This document shows, in pieces, positions 17,996 through 26,074 of a stretch of 31,994 nucleotides of DNA (its first letter is position 1; each line of letters starts with the position of its first letter). Under the pieces are notes generated by a model, which was not told the DNA's origin, searched no databases, and worked only from the letters and a program-made list of their open reading frames with translations. A program made the translations under genes and the position numbers. Where the stretch lies: the IMG/VR virus record IMGVR_UViG_3300045988_060868, positions 1 through 31,994 of that record; one strand, given 5' to 3'. Source of the stretch: a virus.

Positions 17996-18045
17996 GAGAA
18001 AAGGAGGGGACAGTTTATAGACGTGTCCAGGTCTGTTTTTACATT

Positions 18046-20049
18046 TTATAATTGTTGCATGTTCTGCAATAATTGCATTTGTTGCGGGTCTTGCCCTAAC
18101 TGTTGCACGCCTTGCGGCTGTTGTATCTGCGGCGGCGGTGCGTATCCTTTCATTGCCAACCGTTCTTGCAATATCTCTTCAGGGGACATCTGTACGCCTA
18201 TGCTTGAAAGTGCCGTACTCAACGCTTCTGCGGGTAAATCTGCAAGCCGTCCGTTTATACGTACATCGGGAAGGTTCGGTTGCTCTGCCGCTTCTTTCAT
18301 TCTCTTCTTAACGCTTTCTTTTTCGGGGAAGTCCATGAAGTCCAAGATAATATCCATAGGAATATCAACGCCTGATTTCTTCGCTTCAAGTAGCTGATAC
18401 AGGTTTGCCCGTCGTGCCGTTGCAGACGCTTGAGAAGTCGTAATGACAATATCGAAATCAAAGCAAGAAAGGTCATATAATACCTTCTTAATCGGATTGC
18501 CTTCTTCGTCCGTTTTCGGCATTCCTGTAGCCGGGTCAACCGCAAATTGTTCTTGCATAGGTTGCCCTAAATTCGGCGTAATCTGTATAAATTCTTTTTG
18601 CCCGTCATCACCAAGTATCCGCATTACTTTATCTTGATTATAGAACTGCGGTATAAGTCCTTCGGCGTTCTTCTCGCCCCACAAAAGTTGAACAATCTGC
18701 CGCTCTGTTTCCTTCGTCTGGTCGAATATTCCCGCCGTCTGTACTGTCGTTACTGATTGTCGTAAGTCGATCGCCTTACCGCTCATCGCTCCAACGCTAC
18801 CACTTAGCGATTCAGGCGTTATCCCGCTGATAGAGTAAAAATCATTACTTGATTGCTGTTCAAGATTTATATTTACCGAACTATCATAAGCGGGTGTACC
18901 GTCTTGATAGCTTACCCCATTCGGTAAGAATATGTTTGCTCCGGGTGTTGTTGCCTTTTCCTTTATCGTCTTCTTCAGCTGTTCATCAACGACACCCGTC
19001 CAGAATTTAACGCCAAGGGATTGTTGGTTTACAACGTGCATGCGTTGGCTGCGGTTCTTGTTTAATTCCCTTTGTGCGTCCTTTATATCTCGCACAACTC
19101 CGGCCGGCTCTAGTTCAGCGTCTGACAGTTCTCCGGTGTAGTAACAATATTCACGCACTAACGGGAATTTGCCATGCTTGTATGGGCTTTCGCCGTCTTC
19201 CAACAATACATCATCGCAAAACGTTGCGTATCGTATAACCGTCTTCGGTATCGTTGTCGGTGGCGTTCCCGTTGCTTTAAGCTGTGTAAACAATGGATTA
19301 TCTTCTGTAACAATGCCTTCTTTAGTCATATAGACTTCTTGCGTCCCGTACTCTTTATACCAGTATTGAACTACTCGTACTTTCTTGAAGTCGGTGTCAT
19401 ACCAAAGTTTTTCCGTGTTAATCGTGTCAACAGCCGTTTCCGTGCTGTCAAGCTTATGTTGCAGTGTGTCTATTTCTTTTTGCTTATCGCTGTATATTTG
19501 CCGTAGTTTGTCAGGGCTTTCCCATGAGTAACGGCCGCAATACTGAGCGTCGCTCAAATCTTCTTGTTGTGATTCAGGGTCTATAAACGCGTCAAACGGG
19601 CTGACTCTGTCAATCTTGATAGTACCGTCAAGTCGCGAATAATCGAAATCATACGTAATCCAATAATTCGCAAGACCGCATATTACTTTGTCTCTGAAAC
19701 ATTTATTCTTCGTTCTCTGATAATTTGCACGGTCTAAGCAATACTTAGTAATCCCTTTTGCAACTCGGCTTATTCTATCGTCTTCTTCAGACCTCGGCAG
19801 AAAGTCGGGTTCCGTCTCGTTTTGTGCCGCGTAACCGCAAAGAAGATTTATAACCGGTCGGATTCGGTTAATCGTAATTGCCGGTCTTCCCGCTTTCTTC
19901 ATACGTGATAAATCAGCGTCAGCCCATTGCTTGCCCTGCATAAATTCATAATCTTCTTTTGCTCGTTCTCGCCAATCACTAGTCGCACTTAACGCACTCT
20001 TTACCCTTCGTCTAGCCGCTTCTATATCAAAGCTTTTTAAATCCCCCAT
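18046..20049 (-). CDS. Portal protein (P22-like N-terminal domain)
   Basis: N-terminus SATSDWRERAKEDYEFMQGKQWADADLSRMKKAGRP matches the P22-family portal motif (DW..EARREAKNDL.F..G.QWDD). 667 aa. Overlaps the terL stop. Has a Q-rich C-terminal tail. Confidence 0.8.
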   Translation of the reverse strand: MGDLKSFDIEAARRRVKSALSATSDWRERAKEDYEFMQGKQWADADLSRMKKAGRPAITINRIRPVINLLCGYAAQNETEPDFLPRSEEDDRISRVAKGITKYCLDRANYQRTKNKCFRDKVICGLANYWITYDFDYSRLDGTIKIDRVSPFDAFIDPESQQEDLSDAQYCGRYSWESPDKLRQIYSDKQKEIDTLQHKLDSTETAVDTINTEKLWYDTDFKKVRVVQYWYKEYGTQEVYMTKEGIVTEDNPLFTQLKATGTPPTTIPKTVIRYATFCDDVLLEDGESPYKHGKFPLVREYCYYTGELSDAELEPAGVVRDIKDAQRELNKNRSQRMHVVNQQSLGVKFWTGVVDEQLKKTIKEKATTPGANIFLPNGVSYQDGTPAYDSSVNINLEQQSSNDFYSISGITPESLSGSVGAMSGKAIDLRQSVTTVQTAGIFDQTKETERQIVQLLWGEKNAEGLIPQFYNQDKVMRILGDDGQKEFIQITPNLGQPMQEQFAVDPATGMPKTDEEGNPIKKVLYDLSCFDFDIVITTSQASATARRANLYQLLEAKKSGVDIPMDIILDFMDFPEKESVKKRMKEAAEQPNLPDVRINGRLADLPAEALSTALSSIGVQMSPEEILQERLAMKGYAPPPQIQQPQGVQQLGQDPQQMQLLQNMQQL

Positions 20050-21395
20050 GCTGTCACCTCTTCACTGTCATCCATTGTTTTATATCCGTCGCTAAATTCC
20101 TTCTTCTGTCGCGTCGGCTTAATCGGTCGGCTCATACAGAAATACCGCAACTCATCATACGCATGATCTTCTTGAGTTGTGTCTACATCTTCAGGTTTCG
20201 ACTCGTCATACACAAGCTCCGGTAGTGTTCTTAACATGTGTTTACACGTCGAGAAGAATTTAATTTTACCTTCCCTTAAATACTGATGAACCATTAATTT
20301 ACCGGCGATACGTTCCGAATTAGAACGAGTGAAATATATTCCATGCCGTTCGAATATCTCCGCAATACTTTCGCCTTGGATACTCCACTTCATTCGGTCA
20401 TCTTTTTGCCAAATAGCTTTATCAGCTACGTCATATGTATATCGTTCATTGCCCGACAGCCGCACGACTTCGGCGGCTACTTCATCAGGTGTAAGCTTTA
20501 ACCCTTCATCCGGTTCGCCTGTGCAGCCGTAATATTCGCGGTAACAATGGGCTACGCCGTCATAATCGATTGCGTACCAGTGAATAGAAAACGGCTTAGA
20601 GAAACCCCAGTCCATCGAGCGGACTTTTAACCAGTCGTCTAGAATTGTAAATGGTTCTTCTACGTGCTTATCACGGTTAAACTCGGTAAAGACCTGTCCA
20701 ATAAAAACATCCCAGTCACCGTACAAGAACGCTTTCTTCTCTTGTTCCGGCAATGCTTCAAGACGCTTTACATAGTTCGGGTCATTCTTCATTAATACGT
20801 CGTTATCATACACACGAGCCGGTATAAACATCTTCTCTAATCCCGTTGTCTTGTCGATAACTTCATGCTTGCCGTATTCAGTTGCTTCTACATATTTCCG
20901 CTTTACCCACCCGTGACCCTTGCCGCCGGGATTACACGAACCTCGGAAGCGGACAGGGAAGCCACGAGACGAGCGAAGACACGCAGTTAATAACTCAGCT
21001 GTTCGCTCTGTGTGTTTCGTCAGTTCGTCAATACCTAGGTAGTCGAACTCTTGACCTTGGTACGTTTCCGCGTCCTTCTCTGTACGTACATATCGGAATA
21101 ATACTTTAGATCCGTTTATAAGCGTAGCAACATGCTTCTGTTCTGAGTATTCGTACAACTCTCTCGGAACTGACCGCTTCCACTCTCTTATTACGTTCGC
21201 TTCAAGATTCGGATATGTTTCTCGGAACAAATACGCATTACAGCCGCTATGCTCAAGACAGTACGCCAAGCAGTCCATGACAAGGGCTTTAGTCTTACCG
21301 CCGCCTCTCGCACCGCCGTACACCGCATACGGAGCGTTACACATATGAAATTCATCTTGCCGCACATTCGGCATGTAATCGATTGTAATATTCAT
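20037..21395 (-). CDS. terL: Terminase large subunit
   Basis: Walker A YAVYGGARGGGKTKALVMD near the N-terminus, plus C-terminal nuclease-like acidic residues. 452 aa. Followed by the overlapping portal gene. Confidence 0.9.
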   Translation of the reverse strand: MNITIDYMPNVRQDEFHMCNAPYAVYGGARGGGKTKALVMDCLAYCLEHSGCNAYLFRETYPNLEANVIREWKRSVPRELYEYSEQKHVATLINGSKVLFRYVRTEKDAETYQGQEFDYLGIDELTKHTERTAELLTACLRSSRGFPVRFRGSCNPGGKGHGWVKRKYVEATEYGKHEVIDKTTGLEKMFIPARVYDNDVLMKNDPNYVKRLEALPEQEKKAFLYGDWDVFIGQVFTEFNRDKHVEEPFTILDDWLKVRSMDWGFSKPFSIHWYAIDYDGVAHCYREYYGCTGEPDEGLKLTPDEVAAEVVRLSGNERYTYDVADKAIWQKDDRMKWSIQGESIAEIFERHGIYFTRSNSERIAGKLMVHQYLREGKIKFFSTCKHMLRTLPELVYDESKPEDVDTTQEDHAYDELRYFCMSRPIKPTRQKKEFSDGYKTMDDSEEVTAWGI

Positions 21396-21504
21396 ATTTA
21401 TTCCGTTTTTCTTCTTCTATCCCGTGCTTATACGATACTTTTATACAATTCCAAGGAATTTTTCTATCATTTTCAGTGTTTCCATTTCCCTCATGCATAT
21501 AAGA

Positions 21505-21963
21505 CTATTTTGTATCTTCGTTCCGTCTCATATGCGAGAACTCTATAACAATCGGTTGTCCGTCTTTACCGCTTAACTCCGTCTTCTCTGTCAACAACGC
21601 GTAACGCTTAGCGAGAAGTTCAGCCGCTTTTATTCGCTCTTTCATCGCGATCTGTTTTTCCTTCTTCTCTTTTGCGTTCTTGTAGCTCTTTTCTTCCGTC
21701 AATTGCCCTCGCATTGCAGCTGTTAAGAACTCTTCAACTTCTTGAGCCGTTGCAATCGCTTCATTTTTTACTTCAGCTTCAAGCTCTGCGACCTTTTCCC
21801 GTACTTTATCATTATTTATCAGCCTACAGCCGTGCATATAAGCACTTTTTTTGCTATATCCGGCTCTTTCCGCAGCCTTTGTGTTGTTCATATCCTTTAT
21901 ATATTCAATAGCAAATCTCTCTTGCTTCGGATTTAATTTTTCACTCTTTTTTTCTTCACTCAT
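21505..21963 (-). CDS. terS: Terminase small subunit (Terminase_2-like)
   Basis: N-terminus LNPKQERFAIEYIKDMNNTKAAERAGYSKKSA is the classic terS HTH signature. Charged coiled-coil C-terminus. Directly upstream of terL. Confidence 0.8.
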   Translation of the reverse strand: MSEEKKSEKLNPKQERFAIEYIKDMNNTKAAERAGYSKKSAYMHGCRLINNDKVREKVAELEAEVKNEAIATAQEVEEFLTAAMRGQLTEEKSYKNAKEKKEKQIAMKERIKAAELLAKRYALLTEKTELSGKDGQPIVIEFSHMRRNEDTK

Positions 21964-22036
21964 ATACTCTCACCTTCTTTCTGTTGACTTAATTATGCCG
22001 TTTGTTATGTGAGTTCTACGACGTTTAAGCATAACA

Positions 22037-22068
22037 AAAGCCCTCAATTAAGAGGGCTTATTTTTTTA
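22037..22068. terminator. Bidirectional intrinsic terminator between the late activator gene and terS (insulates the late operon)
   Basis: aaAAGCCCTCaattaaGAGGGCTTattttttt. An 8-bp stem with a T7 run on the plus strand. On the minus strand the same hairpin is followed by ttttgtta. A second weaker hairpin lies at 22075-22098 (GGCGGccatattgaCCGCC). Confidence 0.6.
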
Positions 22069-22220
22069 CGGCAAAAGGCGGCCATATTGACCGCCCCGAC
22101 CTGTAAATAAACTACATATAGAATTAGTGGTTGAGACTTGCCGCAGCTGTCTCATCGGAATCGTTCACGCATGAACTTCATCCCCTACTTTTTACATATA
22201 CACTATATCATACTTTGGTT

Positions 22221-22260
22221 GTGTCATTCAGTGTCATATTGTGTCATCTTATGTCCTCTT
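22221..22260. repeat. Four 10-bp phased direct repeats (GTGTCAT x3 plus ATGTCCT) overlapping the 3' end and stop of the ArpU-like gene
   Basis: gtgtcattca|gtgtcatatt|gtgtcatctt|atgtcctctt, read directly with exact 10-bp periodicity. Candidate protein-binding array. Confidence 0.6.
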
Positions 22261-22718
22261 CTATAAAGTTCATTAAAATGAAGTAATGCCCGCTTATGAA
22301 CTCTAAAGGTCTGTTTGTGTGACATATTCAACCCGTCTTCAACCGTGTTCCAACCCTTACAGTACACATACCGTAGCTGTAATACTCGCCGCTCGTACAC
22401 GTCGAACAGCGAATTGATTAATTGTTCAGCCCGTTCCCGCTCGTCAATTAATTTATCCCACTCCGTAGAAGTCTTACTTATTAACTCATCAAGTCGGATA
22501 ATCTTGTCGCTTATATCTGATGAACTTGTTCCGCTTATCTTGTCTTTCGAGTAGTCGATAGCTTGCAATGTACATATGTCTTTACGTAACTGCTCAATGC
22601 GATCTTCTTTTATTCTTAGTCGCACATTCAGACTTCGCACATACTCAAGATATTCCCGTCCGTTCATTTTGTTCTCCATATCTGCACCGAACATATCAAC
22701 AGTAAGCCTAATAAACAA
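22224..22718 (-). CDS. Late-gene transcriptional activator, ArpU / sigma-70 region-4-like family
   Basis: C-terminal RRVLQLRYVYCKGWNTVEDGLNMSHKQTFRVHKRALLHF resembles ArpU-family phage late regulators (sigma-70 region-4-like HTH). Canonical location immediately upstream of a terminator and terS. True start is probably an internal Met. Confidence 0.6.
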   Translation of the reverse strand: MFIRLTVDMFGADMENKMNGREYLEYVRSLNVRLRIKEDRIEQLRKDICTLQAIDYSKDKISGTSSSDISDKIIRLDELISKTSTEWDKLIDERERAEQLINSLFDVYERRVLQLRYVYCKGWNTVEDGLNMSHKQTFRVHKRALLHFNELYRRGHKMTQYDTE

Positions 22719-22855
22719 TCAAATAAGGTTACAAAGAGTGCGAAATCAGACAGTTTAAATTGAGCATATGCCTGTACATGAATTGTTACGATTGCACCAA
22801 TCGCCCCTAGGATTGCAATTGCTGTTCCTAATCGAATTAATATTTTTTCTATCAT
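22664..22855 (-). CDS. Small two-TM membrane protein (63 aa; ORF-track ORF trimmed to the RBS-supported Met)
   Basis: MIEKILIRLGTAIAILGAIGAIVTIHVQAYAQFKLSDFALFVTLFDCLLGLLLICSVQIW. Strong RBS (caggaggaaga ATG). ATGA overlap with the upstream gene. Confidence 0.5.
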   Translation of the reverse strand: MIEKILIRLGTAIAILGAIGAIVTIHVQAYAQFKLSDFALFVTLFDCLLGLLLICSVQIWRTK

Positions 22856-23148
22856 TCTTCCTCCTGTTTTTCTTCGTGTCGCGGTGTTCTTCCCGTTATC
22901 GCCGTAATATAAGCGTCCTCGCCTTCTTGACTTCTGCACTCTCTACAGATGGCTTCATTGTTGCACTTCTTAACCCGTTGCCCGAACTCGTCATATATCC
23001 AGTGCCATGCGGATTCACGGAACAACGGACGACCGCAGAACGCACACCGTGACGCTGATTCTCGCGGCTTGTTGTTCTTCTCTGCTGTCTTGCCTAGGAT
23101 TACAATACGATGAGCTTGATAGTGCCGTCTTTTGTTTTTTCTCGCCAT
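22852..23148 (-). CDS. Cys-rich zinc-finger protein (putative regulator)
   Basis: CAFCGRP...KCNNEAICRECRS gives a CxxC...C-x6-CxxC arrangement. Basic N-terminus and acidic C-terminus. Small size. Confidence 0.5.
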   Translation of the reverse strand: MARKNKRRHYQAHRIVILGKTAEKNNKPRESASRCAFCGRPLFRESAWHWIYDEFGQRVKKCNNEAICRECRSQEGEDAYITAITGRTPRHEEKQEEE

Positions 23149-23462
23149 TTTTTCCGCTCCATTCGTTTTTCTTCTCGTCTTTGTTTCTTCGCCTGAAGTG
23201 CTAAATCGGCAAGTCTGTATTCACCGTGAATTATTGAGTCCTCGTTTTCTTTTACCTTTTTATTAAGTTTTAATCTTAATTCTTCCACCAGTGTTAACGC
23301 CTGCTCAAGTTCTAGTAATTCCATTTCTATTATTTCTTCTACTTCGTCGCGGACATTTTCCGGATAATATTTAAGTGCCGAAATGTGCTTATTTATCTTA
23401 TGTGTTGCGGTCTGTAATTGCCGTGCCTTTTTGCAAGCCCTCAAAAATTGCTCGCTTCTCAT
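23100..23462 (-). CDS. Hypothetical coiled-coil protein
   Basis: 120-aa ORF with charged heptad-like segments (EEIIEMELLELEQALTLVEELRLKLNKKVKE). No domain recognised. Confidence 0.4.
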   Translation of the reverse strand: MRSEQFLRACKKARQLQTATHKINKHISALKYYPENVRDEVEEIIEMELLELEQALTLVEELRLKLNKKVKENEDSIIHGEYRLADLALQAKKQRREEKRMERKKWREKTKDGTIKLIVL

Positions 23463-23944
23463 TCTTTCCGCTCCTTCCTCGCCTTCCGTCTTAGCCGCTG
23501 TAATTCGTCGTAGTCAATCCAGCCCGATTCACTGTATTTATTCGATTTTGCTATCCACTTCAACTTGTATTCGGGATAGTGGTATGCGAACATTTTCCGC
23601 TTTAATTTCGCCGTTTCGGTCGCATATCCCTTGACGTCTATAACTACGTTTATTTTTTCTTCTTCGCTCCAGTATTCAAAGTCGGCGATATAAAAAACCT
23701 CTTTGTACTGCTTTCCGTGCCGTTCCGCTTTCCCCTGTAGCATATATGAGGGATGGCATTGTAGATAATGTATTTTCCCGTCCTTTTCAAGGTTTTTAAG
23801 GTATTCGTAATATTCGCCTTCTATCTGACTATCAAACGTAATGCCGTCAATTACTGTCTTCTTACTTCGTATCATCGATTGCTCCGTTCTGCATATATCA
23901 TAATCAGAATCATGCCCGTTACTAAGAACATTACCGACTTGCAC
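23459..23944 (-). CDS. DUF1064-family phage protein (PD-(D/E)xK-like; probable true start at MIRSKK, ~23875)
   Basis: MIRSKKTVIDGITFDSQIEGEYYEYLKNLEKDGKI...FYIADFEYW...VIDVKG matches the DUF1064 N-terminal signature (SKYG.KKT..DGI.FDSK.EA.RY..L) and has a D...DxK motif. Confidence 0.65.
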   Translation of the reverse strand: MQVGNVLSNGHDSDYDICRTEQSMIRSKKTVIDGITFDSQIEGEYYEYLKNLEKDGKIHYLQCHPSYMLQGKAERHGKQYKEVFYIADFEYWSEEEKINVVIDVKGYATETAKLKRKMFAYHYPEYKLKWIAKSNKYSESGWIDYDELQRLRRKARKERKE

Positions 23945-23973
23945 ATATACCCGATTAATTCAAGTCCGTTCAT
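23872..23973 (-). CDS. Candidate 33-aa hydrophobic micropeptide translationally coupled to the DUF1064 gene
   Basis: Strong SD (aaaggagataagc ATG). Product MNGLELIGYMCKSVMFLVTGMILIMIYAERSNR. The stop TGA overlaps the MIRSKK ATG of DUF1064 (ATGA). Conflicts with the longer MQVGN start shown in the ORF track. Confidence 0.3.
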   Translation of the reverse strand: MNGLELIGYMCKSVMFLVTGMILIMIYAERSNR

Positions 23974-24130
23974 GCTTATCTCCTTTTGTTTTAACTATTC
24001 CCCTTAATATTTTTATTGCTTCACTTATTTCGTCCTCTTCCGCTACAAATATATTCCCAATCCAAAAACCTCTTCCATTATGCCTGGCTTCATATTCTAG
24101 CAAGTCTATCGCTTCTTCTATTGCCAAACG

Positions 24131-24394
24131 CTAAGCTTCTTTAGGCTGTTGGTCATATTCTATTTCGAGATTTGAAAGAGTATTTCTCAATTCTTTAATT
24201 AAATCCCATAAATCAGAAAGTCCATAACCAACACCATCTAAATGTTTGCTGTAGAGAGTCATTCTTGTATCGTCTTTGTAGGCACGGTTTATAAAATTTC
24301 TGTCACCTACTGATATACACATTGCCCTTTCCATTATCGCCTGTACAATTTCGTACAGTTTCTGTTCACGTTCTTCACATTCTCTATCCGTCAT
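24131..24394 (-). CDS. Small conserved hypothetical protein, paralog A of an intragenomic pair
   Basis: Strong RBS (aaggagaggtaat ATG). 87 aa. About 43% identical, gapless, to the product of 29872-30132 (MTD.E...RE..LY..I.AI.E.A.C...G.R..IN.AYK). Confidence 0.65.
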   Translation of the reverse strand: MTDRECEEREQKLYEIVQAIMERAMCISVGDRNFINRAYKDDTRMTLYSKHLDGVGYGLSDLWDLIKELRNTLSNLEIEYDQQPKEA

Positions 24395-24428
24395 GCTATT
24401 ACCTCTCCTTTTTTGTTGTTAAACTACC

Positions 24429-24770
24429 TCATTCTTCTTTGCTCTCTTCTTCTGCAATCATTCGTAAGTACTCCGCAGCCTTCGCGATGTCCGTTGCAGG
24501 TGTACCCTTTCTTGTATATCTATACAGATACTTAATAACATTCCCTTCACAGTATCGTTTATACCCTTCCAACCCTAGTAACTGCCGTATAACATCTTTA
24601 CATTCGACTCCTCTCCAGTTGTAGTGCGTCGGTTTGTGAACCTCGTTGCCCTCTTCAATCTGTCCGTTAATCGGATTCCGTAGATTCGTCTCGGTCAGCC
24701 CGAATTCTTTCATCATGTCTTCAACGAGTTCCAAAATTTCGTCGCGTTCGTTTTTATTGTCCATTTTCAT
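24429..24770 (-). CDS. DUF3310-family phage protein
   Basis: HKPTHYNWRGVECKDVIRQLLGLEGYKRYCEGNVIKYLYRYTRKG...DIAKAAEYLRMI matches the DUF3310 consensus (P.HY..G.E.ID.I....G..F..GNVIKY..R...K.....DL.KA..YL). Confidence 0.6.
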   Translation of the reverse strand: MKMDNKNERDEILELVEDMMKEFGLTETNLRNPINGQIEEGNEVHKPTHYNWRGVECKDVIRQLLGLEGYKRYCEGNVIKYLYRYTRKGTPATDIAKAAEYLRMIAEEESKEE

Positions 24771-24801
24771 TTGCTCCTTTTTCTTCGTATTTTGACTTCT
24801 A

Positions 24802-24856
24802 ACGAGTTTTAGAGTCTTGTACGATAATTTTATCGTCAGTCACTTTAAAACTCGTC
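24802..24856. promoter_or_regulatory. Nested inverted repeats (ACGAGTTTTA...TAAAACTCGT enclosing ACGATA-attt-TATCGT) in the SSB-DUF3310 intergenic region
   Basis: aACGAGTTTTAgagtcttgtACGATAatttTATCGTcagtcacttTAAAACTCGTc, read directly. Lies downstream (minus strand) of the SSB gene. Confidence 0.45.
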
Positions 24857-24886
24857 AGAAGTGCCAAATTTTTAATTTATTCGATA

Positions 24887-25273
24887 TCAAAACGGAATTT
24901 CTTCGTCAACTTCTGTACCTAATCCGTTAAATCCTGAATTATTCTCGTCTTTCTTCTTGAACGGAAATATCGCCGTTCCCGCTCCTGTAGCGACTACGTT
25001 CGATGAGTACCGTGTTTCACCGTTTTTCTCGTACTTCGTTGTTGAGAATCGACCAAATACCCAGACCCGTGTGCCTTTCGTCCAGTCATTCATGCCTTCA
25101 GCTAGTGCGTCGAAAGCGACAAACGGTACAAAATCCGCAACGTCTTTCCATTCGTTCCCGTCCTTTACTCGTCTGTTGCACGCTACCGTTCCACGTGCTA
25201 CTGCCATACCCGACTTCGTGAAGCTGATTTCTATGTCTCTAGCAAGATTTCCTTCCAGTTGTACAGTGTTCAT
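24887..25273 (-). CDS. ssb: Single-stranded DNA-binding protein (SSB)
   Basis: OB-fold-like N-terminal region (MNTVQLEGNLARDIE...VPFVAFD...VWVFGRF) and the canonical acidic C-terminal tail ...EVDEEIPF. Confidence 0.85.
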   Translation of the reverse strand: MNTVQLEGNLARDIEISFTKSGMAVARGTVACNRRVKDGNEWKDVADFVPFVAFDALAEGMNDWTKGTRVWVFGRFSTTKYEKNGETRYSSNVVATGAGTAIFPFKKKDENNSGFNGLGTEVDEEIPF

Positions 25274-25342
25274 TTTTAGCTCTCCTTTTCTTCTTCTAAC
25301 GCCCTCAAAACGTCATGGCAATGAGGGCTACAGCATATTTTT

Positions 25343-25516
25343 CTAGCTAAAATTTCTTTTTTTTCTCGCCCAATAGCTGAACCGAACAGAACCGCCACAT
25401 ATCGGGCATACCCAACAATCCCGCTTCTCTTTTAATCTCTCGGCGTATTTCTTTCGGCATTTCGGGCATAAATCGCTATCGCCTTCATGCCATTCGCCAC
25501 AGTCGATACATCTCAT
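25343..25516 (-). CDS. Small (57-aa) zinc-ribbon protein, below the ORF-track cutoff
   Basis: MRCIDCGEWHEGDSDLCPKCRKKYAERLKEKRDCWVCPICGGSVRFSYWARKKRNFS, with CxxC-x10-CxxC plus CxxCxxC. ATGA overlap with the upstream gene stop. A hairpin (GCCCTCA-n14-TGAGGGC, 25301-25328) follows it. Confidence 0.4.
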   Translation of the reverse strand: MRCIDCGEWHEGDSDLCPKCRKKYAERLKEKRDCWVCPICGGSVRFSYWARKKRNFS

Positions 25517-25806
25517 TGGAACGGCTCTTTCTTAATCGGCTCGGCTTTAATTGCGTCCGCTTCGTCTTCCGTTAAAGACTTAACCAGCTCGTAAGCCTTT
25601 GCCGTCGCAATCTTCGTACTCCGTTCCGCTTGCTGTGCGTGAATTTGCACGTCAACACATTTCCACCCGTAACAGCGTTCCTTCAACATTTCAAGCTGTT
25701 CGTTCACGTCGTGCAGTGCTTCTGCCACTCTTTCTAAGTCTTCAATGATTGCTAACGCTTGGTTCTTGTCGCTCATTTTCTTCTCCTTCCTTCGGCAGTT
25801 CCTCAA
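25513..25806 (-). CDS. Hypothetical protein (probable start at MSDKNQ)
   Basis: 97-aa ORF in the early operon, with coiled-coil-like and acidic segments. No motif recognised. Confidence 0.4.
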   Translation of the reverse strand: MRNCRRKEKKMSDKNQALAIIEDLERVAEALHDVNEQLEMLKERCYGWKCVDVQIHAQQAERSTKIATAKAYELVKSLTEDEADAIKAEPIKKEPFQ

Positions 25807-26074
25807 TCCGTTGTAAATATTCGGCTACTTCATCGGCACTTAAATATCCGATAACATCGTTTTTAATCGGGGTGCTGTAGCACAATACTCCGTCTTTCAG
25901 TACCCCTAGTTCATAAAGCCCATCTTCACCACCCTTGCTATATTCGTTCTGAATTACGTTTGCCCCATACCCATTTGTGAACTCGTATATGTGTTGAATT
26001 GAATTTCCGCTTTTTCGGTCGAAAACTACAATCTCTCGTCGCGGTTCATACTTACCGAATTTTATGTATGACAT
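25742..26074 (-). CDS. Hypothetical protein
   Basis: 110-aa ORF with a good RBS (agaggagaaaaagcaa ATG). No motif recognised. Confidence 0.4.
   Translation of the reverse strand: MSYIKFGKYEPRREIVVFDRKSGNSIQHIYEFTNGYGANVIQNEYSKGGEDGLYELGVLKDGVLCYSTPIKNDVIGYLSADEVAEYLQRIEELPKEGEENERQEPSVSNH

Noticed and set aside
18023-18397. Plus-strand 124-aa Cys-rich ORF (CCMFCNNCICCGSC...)
   Set aside because: It is antisense to the Q-rich portal C-terminus (CAG/CAA read backwards gives CTG/TTG/TGC). A compositional artefact.
21964-22223. tRNA or other structured ncRNA in the terS-upstream gap
   Set aside because: Only a terminator hairpin and short repeats are visible. I could not recognise a cloverleaf, T-loop (GTTCRANYC) or anticodon-stem pattern here or elsewhere in the window.
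23960-24127. TTG-initiated 55-aa ORF in the 24131-upstream gap
   Set aside because: It has no ATG and no convincing RBS, and it competes with the better-supported SD-driven 33-aa ORF. Left unannotated.
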